Below, piece by piece: positions 12,786-24,584 of a stretch of DNA of 64,000 nucleotides (position 1 is the stretch's first letter; every line of letters begins with the position of its first letter). Source of the stretch: Octopus vulgaris (lineage: Eukaryota); the NCBI GenBank assembly GCA_951406725.2, contig OX597823.1, forward strand, positions 8,494,001 through 8,558,000, read 5' to 3'. Below the pieces are notes generated by a model. That model was not told the origin of the DNA and did not search any database. It was given only the letters and a program-made list of their open reading frames with translations. Made by a program: the position numbers and the translations under genes.

Positions 12786-13185
12786 TCTTTATATATAAAA
12801 GAGAGGTTGTGTGCTGTCTGTCTCCTACGATTTAGATTCCTAACTACTCCCACATTTTGCGGTGCAGTTTAACCAAAACCGGGTATCTTATAGTCGTGAT
12901 TCATATCGAGCCCTTCTGGGTATTAGCACGCGGCTACGATGAGTCTACGATTTAAAAAAAAATTACCATCATTTTTTTCCATTTTAATGCATTTTTTCGC
13001 TATTATATAAGGGAAGTAACTCTCTAAAAATGTCTACGATGAGTCAACGATTTAAAAAAAAAATTGCCATAATTTTTTTTCCATTTTTAATGCATTTTGT
13101 TGCTATTTTTTGGCTCTAACTCTCTAAAAATGCTTATATAGTTATTTCCCTTACAAACCCGAGCAACGCGGGGCGATACTGCTAG
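12786..13185 (+). mobile_element. non-autonomous Helitron (family H1)
   Basis: Starts TC(TTTATATATAAAAG) after an A. Ends with hairpin CCCGAGCAACGCGGGG then CGATACTGCTAG, followed by T. No TSD. Internal ~60-bp duplication. Three copies in the window. Confidence 0.85.
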
Positions 13186-13638
13186 TATATGTATAAAAAT
13201 AAAAACAAAAATAGAGAAGAAAAGGAGATAATAGTAATATTTTCTTAAAGCTAAAGGAGACAAGCATTGAACATTGTGTGGCAAATATCTCTGTGAGAAT
13301 TGGTCAGAAGGTTAAGTTTGGAGCTCTAATTAACAAGAAACATTCCATGGCGTCCTGTAAATATGAAGTCATCGTTTCCATTCTTTCTGTTTTTTTCACC
13401 TTGTCTTTTCTGTCGTAGACACACTCAAACCCAAACTAATTGGCATATTTCTCTCTATGCTCCACTTCCTCTTGGTTATTTCTCTCTATCCTTTTTCTTT
13501 CCCATCTTCCCACTTCCGTGTTCTCTTGTGTCGTTCATTTCTAGCGGCCATTTCACCTAACATGGATTTCTCGCACAATCCGTCTGTCTGTCCGACTGGC
13601 TGCCTCTCTCTTTTTCTCTGTTGCAGTAATATATTTTA

Positions 13639-14011
13639 CTAGCAGTATCGCCCGGCGTTGCTCGGGTTTGTAAGGGAAATAACTATATAAGCATTTTTAG
13701 AGAGTTATAGCCAAAAAATAGCAAAAAATGCTTTAAAAATGGAAAAAAATGATGATAATTTTTTTAAAAAATCGTTGACTCATCGTAGACATTTTTAGCG
13801 AAAAAAATGCATTAAAATGGAAAAAAATGATGGTAATTTTTTTTAAAAATCGTAGACTCATCGTAGACGCGCGCTAATACCCAGAAGGGCTCGATATGAA
13901 TCACGACTATAAGATACCCGGTTTTGGTTACTCTGCACCGCAAAATGTGGGAGTAGTTAGGAATCTAAATCGTAGGAGACAGACACACAACTTGACTTTT
14001 ATATATAAAGA
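13639..14011 (-). mobile_element. non-autonomous Helitron (family H1), inverted relative to the 12786 copy
   Basis: Same TC...hairpin-CTAG termini on the minus strand, with an A/T insertion site. Confidence 0.85.
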
Positions 14012-14317
14012 TATTCAACTGTAATTCCATTCAATTCATTTATACTCAAATTCTCACCTCTCATCTTCACCCTATTTTCTAATGCCATTCACATGAAGCA
14101 ATTACATGAATAAAATAACACAAACAAATATGTAACACACCAACATGTAAGCACCAACATACATATATACAAAGACAAATACACTAATTTATCGAGATAC
14201 ACATTTATACGTATTTGTGTGCACCCATAAATACATGTACACATAAGAATGTAAACATCACATCAGCAAAAATGTATATATTAGCGACAGAGGCAGTATT
14301 GATACCAAAAGGTAATA

Positions 14318-14655
14318 CAGGGGTTGGACAAAATAATGGAAACGCCAAGCATCATAACATCATAATTTTGAAATATCTATAAAACCATCGAAATCTTGTT
14401 TATTTTTATGTTTTTTTTCATTTGTTATTAGTGTTGCTTAATATGTTTTGCTAAAATTGCTGTTTCTTTTCAGATATTATCAGAAAAAAGGTAATTAAAA
14501 TTAATTAAAATGACAGATCTATCAGACTTTCAAAGAGGTCAAATTGTTGGTGCTCGTATGGCAGGTGCTAGCGTAACGAAAACAGCTGAAATGTTTGGTG
14601 TATCAAGAAGTACTGTCTCGAAAGTAATGACAGCTTTTGAGAAAGAGGGAAAAAC
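14318..14655 (+). mobile_element. Tc1-like transposon left end with transposase start
   Basis: TA|CAGGGGTTGGACAAAATAATGGAAAC TIR-like end. ATG at 14510 gives MTDLSDFQRGQIVGARMAGASVTKTAEMFGVSRSTVSKVMTAFEKEGK (paired-like HTH). Truncated. Confidence 0.85.
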
Positions 14656-14995
14656 GACAATGTTACAATATGAGACAATATGACGGAAAAAAAAACCCAG
14701 TCCTTCATACTCTACCAACATGACAAAGATCAGCCTGGAAGAACACTGAATCAACTTGACATCCATATTTTATTGAGGCAACCGAAGAACTTGACACTCA
14801 GACAAGTACAGGAGTACCTCCTCACAAATGAAACAACCTCAGTATTAAGAAATATACGTAGAAGGTAGTCATACTCCAATACTGAATAGTTTATATGTAA
14901 ACAGGTAGAGTTGTTAATAGGCTGTTATGTAGACGTATATACATATATGTATATGTGTATGTATATAAGTAAATAGATGTATAGATGTGTGTGTG

Positions 14996-15032
<37 letters not shown>

Positions 15033-15270
15033 CGGTAAAGGGATAAATAAGCAAACAGATAAACAAATGGATAGGTACACAGGTAATACGGATAGACAGG
15101 CACACACACACATACACACACAAATGAAGACTGAAGCACATAACCATATACACACATGCACACTTCATACGCGCGTGGGCACATACAAACATACAAGCAT
15201 GAACACACTAACATATAAATATGCAGATTACATATATATAATACATATATACACACGCACATACACACGC

Positions 15271-15321
<51 letters not shown>

Positions 15322-16032
15322 ATACGAATGTGTGTGTTTCTATATCTATACCGTAAGTGAGAAAGCGGTGATGGAAGCGTAGAATGGATAAGCGCCGAAT
15401 TAGTTCTCGGACTGATGGAATTTAAAATCTCATTTCTAAATTAGGGTGAGGTTGCCCAGGAGAACAAGCGCTGGCATTAAGGAATATTAAGCTCCGGAGG
15501 GTAATAAAGCGAACAGATGCATTTCCATAAATACAGATAGCAAGAATTCATTTATATGAAATGTTACATGTATAAATATCAGAGAATGAACATAAATCTT
15601 TACAGCTGTTTCAATGAGGCTACTCACGTTTGATGTTATAAAACATTAGGTAAACATGTGCACATAATGAGGCAATATGACAAAGCAAATAAACAAAAAT
15701 ATTATCAACTTGTATGAAGCCTGATGTGTATCTTTATGCGAGGATGAATGGATTTTAAAAATATTTTGGTTCATACTTGTTTTTTGTCATATTGACTCCT
15801 TACATACAATAGTTTGCATGACATGCATTATAACATCAAGCATTCGCTGAACCTTAGAATAGCAATAAAGGACTATATTCCTCTTGTAGTATTCATATGC
15901 ATAATACCTTATATAAGTGATTTCCTGCCATCCATTATTGCTTGTCTATACTTTCTCTTTACACACATACACACAAACATATTTGTGTTCGCAAATATGT
16001 GTATGCTTATGTGTATATATATGTATATGTAT

Positions 16033-16127
<95 letters not shown>

Positions 16128-16525
16128 TATTTATATATATATGGGTATGTGTGTGGGTATTGAATAATGCATCAAGGGTCTCAGTGAAATATTATTATCA
16201 ATGAATTTCAATCTTAATATATAGTCCCACCATCAGTAAAAGTTATATTGTTTTAAAAAGATGATCCAGAATACCAGGGCATACGTACGTACATACATAC
16301 GCATATGTATGTATGTATATGCCTATATATATATATATATATATTTGTATATATATATATTTGTATATATAATACACAAACACACGCACACTCTCTCTCT
16401 CACACACAAACACACACATATATGTATGTATAGGTACTCATGCATACATTTATTTATTGCTAGCGATGTTGGGGGGACAAACACAGACACACAAACATAT
16501 ACACACACATACATATATACATACA

Positions 16526-17713
16526 CTAGCATTATGACCCGTCGTTGCCGGGTCATAGTGCTAGTGCATGTATATATGTGTATATATATGTGTCCATATT
16601 ACATGTACATCTATATATATATATACATCTACACATAAAATACAAAATACGAAGTTATATCTTGATATCGCTAGTGATAACAATACTCAAAATATATAAC
16701 AGACTGGAATTGTTAGTCCGTCTCTTTTAATTTCGATCAATTGTATCTTGTCCTCCCTCTTGTATAGAAGTGTGGCTACAATCCAGCCTACCTCTACTTC
16801 GGTGGTGGGGGGGGCTTTAAAATTTTTTTCCGGGACGTCCTACGTCCCAGATATAAAGGTAAAAGTAAAATATTTCCACTTTGCAAGTTCGAGTCGAGTA
16901 CTCCCTTGCACGATCCGTTGACTCGAACCTTGCTTCTATTGTGGCGAATTTACACCCTCTGATTAGATATCTTTCATAGTCCCACCAAGACACTTTTCGA
17001 AGTTGCTTTCCTCCACGTGTTCAAATCTTCTTTTTTCTCTACATTGTATACTTTATAGACAATAGTCTTTTCTTTGATTTAATTTTTTATTATCCATCTG
17101 GACTATTCCATTTCTGCACGCTAATTTTATTTAAAAATTTTTCCCATTCATGTGAAACCACTTATTCAAGTTCAAGTCATTGATGCAATTTCATACCAAT
17201 TGCTATTTTTACTTTTGTTATGTTACGATTATATTATACTTTAGGTTGATTTTAATTATTACTTACTACATATATTCAATTGTTATTAATATTTTTATTG
17301 TTAAAGTGAAAGCATCAGACATAAAATAGCGAAATGTTCTTGTTTCACTTTTAACACGTAATACTGAAATAGTGGAGAAGATATGATATTGCTATGGGCT
17401 CGCTTTAGGCAAGAAGTTGAACATTTTTTCTGCCCATGAAACTACATGGACCGTAAGTAAGGCATGTGTAAACTTTGAATGAAATTGGTTGTGTAGTTCT
17501 CAAGTTTTAGGGAATCGTAGTGGAGAAGATATGATATTGCTGTGGGCTCGCCCTAGGCAAAAAGTTAAATTCTTTTTGGCCGATGACACTCCCCGGACCC
17601 TAAGTAAGGCATGTGTAAAATTTGAATGAAATTGGTTGTGTAGTTCTCAAGTTTTAGGGAAACACACAGACAGACACACACACAATCTCAGTTTTATATA
17701 TATATAATAAAGA
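16526..17713 (-). mobile_element. non-autonomous Helitron (family H2), ~1.19 kb
   Basis: The minus strand starts TCTTTATTATATATAT.. followed by (TG)/(TCTG) repeats and AACCAATTTCATTCAAATTTTACAC. It ends in a hairpin (plus-strand CTAGCATTATGACCC/GGGTCATAGTGCTAG) with CTAG|T. Internal ~148-bp tandem duplication at 17370-17661. Confidence 0.75.
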
Positions 17714-17787
17714 TATATGTTTATCTGTGTCTTTGTCTACACATTCGGATAAATTTGTGCGTTGATGTAAGCGTGTGCGTGTGCATC

Positions 17788-17851
<64 letters not shown>

Positions 17852-19079
17852 GATAGATAGATAAGATAGATAGATAGAGAGATAGAGAGAGAGAGAGACC
17901 TGTAGAAGGAGAGGAAGAGAAAAAAAAGCGAAAGAATGAGAAAGAGATATAAGGAAAGAAAGAAACAATACAAGTACCTGATGATGAAACTGTAAGTATA
18001 GAACCCTTGCAGAGCGCAGGAAATAACAAACGTCATCCAATGATAAAAATAAAAGAATGACGGAATATAGGAATGAAAGAAATATGTAAATCGAATGAAT
18101 GCACAAAGAAAAATATATGAAAAACATAACGTTAATTGCAGTTTGTTTAAAAGACATAAATGTATTGTGGTTAAATTTGAAATTTGGTTGATAATTTTTA
18201 TCTTACTCTATATTTGTGTTTATATCCTTTTCAGGAATATTAGAGTTGATAGTTTCACAGTTCTACATGAACGAATTAATTTAGAGAAAATATTTTGAAA
18301 ATATTGTATAATATTTTTTTTCTATTTTTCACATTTAATTGATATTCTAACTGAATCTCCAATATTATTCTGCCCTGTATCTATGTGTATGTATGCACGT
18401 ATGTATGTATATATCTATTACTCTTCCTCTCTAAATATATATATAAATATATATGTATATATACATATGTGTGTGTATCTATATATATAAATATGGAAGT
18501 ATATTCATATATATTTATATATATATATATATACATATATATATACAGACGCACACACACATATATATGTATGTATGTCTATATAAGTACATATATACTT
18601 ACATACAAACACACATGCACACCTACATACATGTATATAAATATAAATGTATATATGTATGTATATATATATCTAATAATATCTATATCTATATACATAC
18701 ATACATATATACTATACATACATATATACATACATACATACATATATATATATATGTACAACAAACACTGTGTTAACAACCAAACTAAATATTTATCCGT
18801 ATATGTAATTGTCTCCTCGATTTTGTTGAGCTTTCTATAAGCATAAATGGGAAGCGGAAAAAAGTTATCAATCACAAACAGAGGTCTAAATAAGCTGATT
18901 TGCATCTCTGTTTTTCCTTCTCCTTTCTTTGTTGTGTATTTAGCTATGCATCTGTACTAGATGCAGGCATACACAAATATATATACACAACATATCATCA
19001 CATTAATACACACACACGCACACACACATATGTCTATGTAATATATATATATAAATGTGTGTGTATGTGTGTGTATATA

Positions 19080-19312
19080 TATTTCTTTACTTCCCACAAG
19101 GGGCTAAACACAGAGGGGACAAACAAAGACAGACAAACGGATTAAGTCGATTACATCGACCCCAGCGCGTAACTGGTACTTAATTTATCGACCCCGAAAG
19201 GATGAAAGGCAAAGTCGACCTCGGCGGAATTTGAACTCAGAACGTAACGGCAGACGAAATATGGCTACGCATTTCACCCAGCGTGCTTACGTTTCTGCCA
19301 GCTAGCCGCCTT
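19080..19312 (-). mobile_element. SINE family C, full length
   Basis: Reverse complement of the 6700 and 25531 copies. Confidence 0.9.
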
Positions 19313-19400
19313 GTGTGTGTATATATATATATGTGTGTCTGTCATGTGTATGACATTAAGGTGAGGTTCTTGTTTGGGTGTTGTGAAGTTGTGGAGAGCG

Positions 19401-19630
19401 TGGTGCTCCGTCGGTTGAGATGACGCGGGTTCCAGTTGATCTGTTCAACGGAAAGCTGGTTCGCCACATTAACGTGCAAGTAGCTAAGAACCGCACAGAC
19501 TCGTGTACCTTTAACGCAGTTCTCAGGGAGATTTAGTGTGACACAGAACGGGGCAAGGCTGGCCCGTTGAATTACAGGAACTACTCAATTTTGTCAGATG
19601 AGTGAACTGGAGCAACGTGAAATAAAGTGT
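19401..19630 (-). mobile_element. chimeric SINE: family D central domain joined to family B 3' half
   Basis: 19585-19630 matches SINE D (TGAGTGAACTGGAGCAACGTGAAATAAAGTGT). 19401-19580 matches the SINE B 3' half. Confidence 0.75.
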
Positions 19631-19782
19631 TATTAGAAAACAGCATTTCTAATAACAGTTGTATTATTGATGATAACAATCACAGCATTCCTATAGTCAG
19701 AGAAATTGCCGACGATATTACAATTAATAGTAATGATAATAAGATGAATAGTATCGTGACCAATGCTAGCAACAATATTTAG

Positions 19783-20235
19783 ACCTATCATAACAATAAA
19801 AACTCTTTCTTAGTATCGGACGTTAACCCCAACAGATTAAAGCTCTTATCCAAAAATACCAAAATTAGAAACACCATTTACCAGTGCAAATTTTTTTCTG
19901 GAACCGATGTCTTTTTCTACATTGGTGCAATTTCTTCTAAATTAGCCCAAAGGATCTCCAATCATTATTCAACTTTCCGAGATAAGAGAAAACAACACAG
20001 CACGGAACTAAGTAAATTAGTTTGGCGTCTGAAGGACAGCAATACAACTTTCAAGCTGGAATGGTCCATATTGTCGGTGTCCTTTTCGTTTGATAAGGGC
20101 AGAATACTTTGTGGCATCTGTAATTCCGAACTTTTTCATATTTTGTTCGCCAAAGTCCCTTTAATAAATACAATCGTCGAGAGGTCCTACAGGTGCATGC
20201 ACTGGCAAAAACACACCTTTCACCCATATGAATAA
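19783..20235 (+). pseudogene. GIY-YIG endonuclease domain of a Penelope-like element (possibly Naiad-type); missed by the ORF track
   Basis: Stop-free 150-codon frame: NTIYQCKF..FFYIGAISSKLAQRISNHYSTFRDKRKQHSTELSKLVWRLKD..LEWSIL..CGICNSELFHILF..LIN..ERSYRCMHWQK*. Confidence 0.8.
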
Positions 20236-20827
20236 TGATTAATATAGATAACCTCTTGAATTTTAATTTATATAACTTCTTTTTTTATATATGTCACCCC
20301 CATAGTCATAAAATTTTTTTTTATACTTTCAAAGAACTACTACCCAATCCAGTGAGGTATGTGTTGTCTTAGTCCCTCTACCACGCCCTCCTCACCTCGC
20401 CCTCCTCTTTCTCTCTCTATTTCCCTCTTCCTATAGTAAGCACAATCAAACACACAGACACAAACCTCTCCCCTCACCACTGTCTGTATTCTGACATCTA
20501 CCCATCCACATCCACATTCACGCATACATACACACACACATTAATGCAGTTATATACAGTCACACACACAGGCACTCATTCACAAAAGAAATTAACAAAA
20601 TCCACCATTCATATGACCAGCACCCTTTCACCTTCCTATTCTTATGCCTCTCTCCTCCAACTTCGTTTCAACCCTTGAACCTTTAGAACCTTCTAGATTC
20701 TTCTACATTCAACCACTTTGACGTCACTCCTTAAAAAGGAATATTTTAAAAAGACACTCATTATCGCTATGGGCTCCGTGTGAGCAATCATCTAAAAGTT
20801 TTTTGTGCATTTTGATGTTGACATAAG

Positions 20828-20926
20828 TTCCTTGCTTTTCCTGATGAGAAAGCGGCATAATGTACTCCTTATTCCTTCGCAATTAGGAATATGCAGCCTT
20901 CAAAACATATGTCAAAAATAAAGGAA
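20828..20926 (+). ncRNA. type I hammerhead ribozyme, degenerate (GAAA>AAAA)
   Basis: TTCCTTGCTTTTC-CTGATGA-long stem II-C-AAAA-CATATGTC-AAAAATAAAGGAA. Stem III is palindromic (ACATATGT). It lies 600 bp downstream of the GIY-YIG frame. Confidence 0.65.
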
Positions 20927-21738
20927 TTTTGTTAATTCGTTGTTCAGCTCCATTCTTTCATATATTTATATTTCTAAAATAAACATACAAATTTCCACAC
21001 GAAAGCACATAATCTGTGCCCTAGGCACGTAACTTCAACCGTGTTTTTTCTGATGTGAATTTGCTACCCAGGTATCGGTTAATTCGAATTATTCTTAATA
21101 AGATAATTCATTCAACTACTCAAATATATATATATATATATATACATCAGGTGGTGCTATTAAGTTAGACATGGCCTGGACCAATCTTTGGTCGAAACAT
21201 ATCTAAGTCTAAGTTTATACATATATGTGTGTGTGTGTGTATGTATGTATATATATATATATATGTATATATATATGCATATACATATATGTGTGTATAT
21301 ATATGTATGTATATACAAACACACACACACACATATATATGCATATTATTATATATGTAAGCATATACATATATTGATTCGTGCAAATATACATAAATAC
21401 ATACATACATAAATACATACATACATACATACATACATACATACATACATACATACATACATACATACAGATAACATACCCATGAACATGTCCGCAAGTA
21501 CTTTCATTGCTATATTTTCTAATTATTTAGATGTTGGTATCTAAGTGCTTTGTAGAATATTTGCCACCGAGTCAGCTTTCCACTCTGTGTATCAATTTCA
21601 ACTTAGATTCACATACATAAGAACATACACATATATTCGCACATAAATCTGTATGTGCGCTTGCGCAAACGTTTCTCTTTTGAAACACCAATTATATACA
21701 AGCTTGTACATTAAGTTTTACTTGTTTCAGCTATATCA

Positions 21739-21908
21739 GCACCGGTGTGGCTGTGTGGTAAGTAGCTTGCTAACCAACCACATGGTTCTGGGTTCAGTCC
21801 CACTGCGTGGTATCTTGGGCAAGTGTCTTCTGCTATAGCCCCGGGCCGACCAATGCATTGTGAGTGGATTTGGTAGGCGGAAACTGAAAGAAGCCTTTCG
21901 TATATATG

Positions 21909-21945
<37 letters not shown>

Positions 21946-22150
21946 CTGTGTTTGTCCCCCTAGCATTGCTTGACAACCGATGCTGGTGTGTTTACGTCCC
22001 CGTGACTTAGCGGTTCGGCAAAAGAGACCGATAGAATAAGTACTGGGCTTACAAAGAATAAGTCCCGGGGTCGATTTGCTCGACTAAAGGCGGTGCTCCA
22101 GCATGGCCGCGGTCGGGTTACTGAAACCAGTAAAAGAGTAAAAGAGAGAG
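21739..22150 (+). mobile_element. SINE family A, full length
   Basis: tRNA-like head (TGGCTGTGTGG, GGTTCAGTCCC), CORE-like CTTGGGCAAGT, internal (TA)n(TG)n, and tail CCAGCATGGCCGC..TGAAAC(AGTAAAAG)n. Confidence 0.9.
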
Positions 22151-22324
22151 AGTATCCCGTGAATATGCAGCGACACTATTGTTTGTAAGATTCTCAATTT
22201 ATTATACTTTATATTCATGATCCTTTGTATGTATGTGCGTATGTATGTATGTATGTTTGTATGTATGTGTGTGTGCGCCTGTATGGGCGCGCGTTTGTGA
22301 GTGTATATATATGTATGTATGTCA

Positions 22325-22927
22325 TTATTCAGTTTTATTTCAAGGTTTCTTGCCAATAGAGAAAGAGCCGGTTTCTAACCTAGTTCCAAGGCTCCTTCAT
22401 TGGAATTTCAACATCAACAGGGTATTTCTGTATGTATGTATACGTACAGATTTGTATGTTTTGTTTCGTGTATGTCTTCTCGTCTATCTACTACTTACAT
22501 ATTTAGATGTATTCATATATACATAAATGATAAACTGCTGCAAACTTTTACAGATTTTTACAGCTCCAATGATGGCTTCGTATCAGGTTTCTCACCACTG
22601 GTTTTGAGAAGCCTAATTTCTCAAGATTGGTATTTAGACAGTGTGTTACTTATCCCAGTGCAATTACAGATATAAACCTGAATTTGTAATCTGGATAGAG
22701 TAACTATGTATGTATGCATGTATTTACGTATGTATGTTCTTATTCAGTTTTATTTCAACATTTCTTGCCAATAGAAAAAGAGCTGGGTTCTAACATAGAT
22801 CCAAGGCTCCTTCATTGAAATTTCAACAACATCAACGATGTATTTTTGTATGTATGTATGTATACTCATGCATATAGTTGCATATCTAGACATGCTCATA
22901 TATACTTAAATGATAAACTACTGCAAA
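22325..22927 (-). repeat. partial tandem repeat (22325-22560 / 22740-22927) embedded in (ATAC)n; pLTR-like
   Basis: TTATTCAGTTTTATTTCAA..TTCTTGCCAATAGA..CCAAGGCTCCTTCATTG..ATGATAAACT.CTGCAAA occurs twice, separated by (TATG)n. Confidence 0.7.
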
Positions 22928-23071
22928 GTATGTACGTATATATGTATGTGTGTATGTATGTGTGTATGTATGTATGTATGAATGTATGCATGTATGCAAT
23001 CACCAGACTCATTGAAGAGAAGTGAAGTGTTTTGTTGTGACTCCATTGCTACACTACTGTTGGTATGATTC

Positions 23072-24542
23072 TTGCGAACCTAACAATGGGCTACCTGGAA
23101 ATAATCACTTACCAGGAATCTTTATCAATCTTTGGAAAGCCCCTCTCTCAATACATAAAAGAGAATTGGAAACGATTCCTGGACGATTGTTTTATACTCT
23201 GAAACGAAAACACAGATAAACTCCTAACATTCAAAAACCTATTGAACAGCATAAACCCAAATATACAGTTCACAATGGAATACAACAAAAAGGAGCTCCC
23301 ATTCTTGGATATACTGATTAAAAAATAGAAACATAAATTTTTTACAAAGCCACAGACGCCAAACAATACCTTCTTTTTGATTCATGCCACCCAAGACACA
23401 CTAAAACAAACATCCCCTTCAACCTTGCAAGAAGGATATGCACAATAGTGTCAGAACAAAATACCAGGAACTTTAGACTGCAAGAACTAAAAAACACCCT
23501 AATTGACAGACATTACCCAGCTCAACTCATAGAGGATGGGATCAGACGTGCAACAGAAATCAACATAGAAACTTTGAGAAAAGTTCAACACAACAACAAA
23601 CCTTCCTCGAAAATACTACCTTACATATCCACATACAACCCCAGAAACAAAGAAGCCTTCACCATCATCACCCAGAATTTACCAATACTTCATAAGGACC
23701 CCAAATTAAAGGAAATTCTAAACACACACCAAATCATTAAAAGCTACAAACAACCTAAATCACTTAAAAAGATTCTCACAGAGGCAAAATTGTTTTCTGA
23801 AATTACGGATGCAAAAGTAAAAAAATGTGGTAGACCGAACTGTGCAACATCTCCAAACCTGCTAGAAGGATCAGAATTCCTCTTCAAAAAGGGACAGAAA
23901 TTCAAGATCAAATCTAATTTTACTTGTGCCTCTGAAAACATAATTTATGTCATAAAATACTCGGGCTGCCACCAAGACTACGTGGGGTCCACGGGACTAT
24001 CACTCAGACGGAGATGCACACTGCATCGACAACAGACTGCATTCCCAGAATACAGAATGATACCCTTTAGTGAGCACATTCAGAAATGCGCAAAGCAACT
24101 ACTACCACAATTTTTAATCTTTCCATTTTACCAATGTGCTATCGGAACACCAACACAAACAAGGAAACATTCTTCATTGAAAAATACAAGCCCAAACTTA
24201 ACCATTCCAACATACTTATACAGAGAAATTCACTCCAAAAGAAAGGCAAGAAATTTTAAGCGATTATCTCCCTTACACAGGAAGAAATCACTTATTACCT
24301 CCCCTTATCTGGAACTCTTCTCAACATAAACATAACGATGTAAGAAATTTGAAAAGCTGAACGCGAAACCGGTCATTTCTTCAAAAACTATGTCATTGTA
24401 TGAAAAAAATTTATAACATTCTTCAGACATATTGACTCAAATATATATTTTTTAACCTTTTAAAACAAGCCTTCTGTAGTTTTTTCACTTTTTACTATTT
24501 TCTATATATTCAACCACGTGCTTTCACACACCAACTTTCTCA

Positions 24543-24545
<3 letters not shown>
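23072..24545 (+). mobile_element. 5'-truncated Penelope-like retroelement (Neptune-like): RT C-terminal half, GIY-YIG and 3' pLTR
   Basis: ANLTMGYLE..WKRFLDDCFIL, IQFTMEY..LPFLD, QYLLFDSCHPRHTKTNIPFNLARRIC, CGRPNCATSP and NIIYVIKYSGCHQDYVGSTGLSLRRR. Contains a stop and frameshifts. Ends at (TA)n. Confidence 0.92.
24342..24381 (+). ncRNA. minimal type I hammerhead ribozyme, degenerate core
   Basis: AAGAAAT-TTGAAAA(for CTGAAGA)-GCTGAACGC-GAAACCGGTC-ATTTCTT. Perfect 7-bp stem I and palindromic ACCGGT stem III. Confidence 0.7.

Positions 24546-24584
<39 letters not shown>

Noticed and set aside
12786-14011. Single MITE or foldback element with 400-bp TIRs
   Set aside because: Each arm has its own Helitron termini and a solo copy exists at 44574.
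17975-17998. TAC-CTGATGA-T-GAAACTGTA-AGTA hammerhead-like string
   Set aside because: Stem II is entirely missing, so it is a chance match or a deleted relic.
23200-23202. In-frame TGA in the Penelope RT as selenocysteine
   Set aside because: It falls at the conserved Trp position after DDCFIL (TGG>TGA) in a copy that also has frameshifts.
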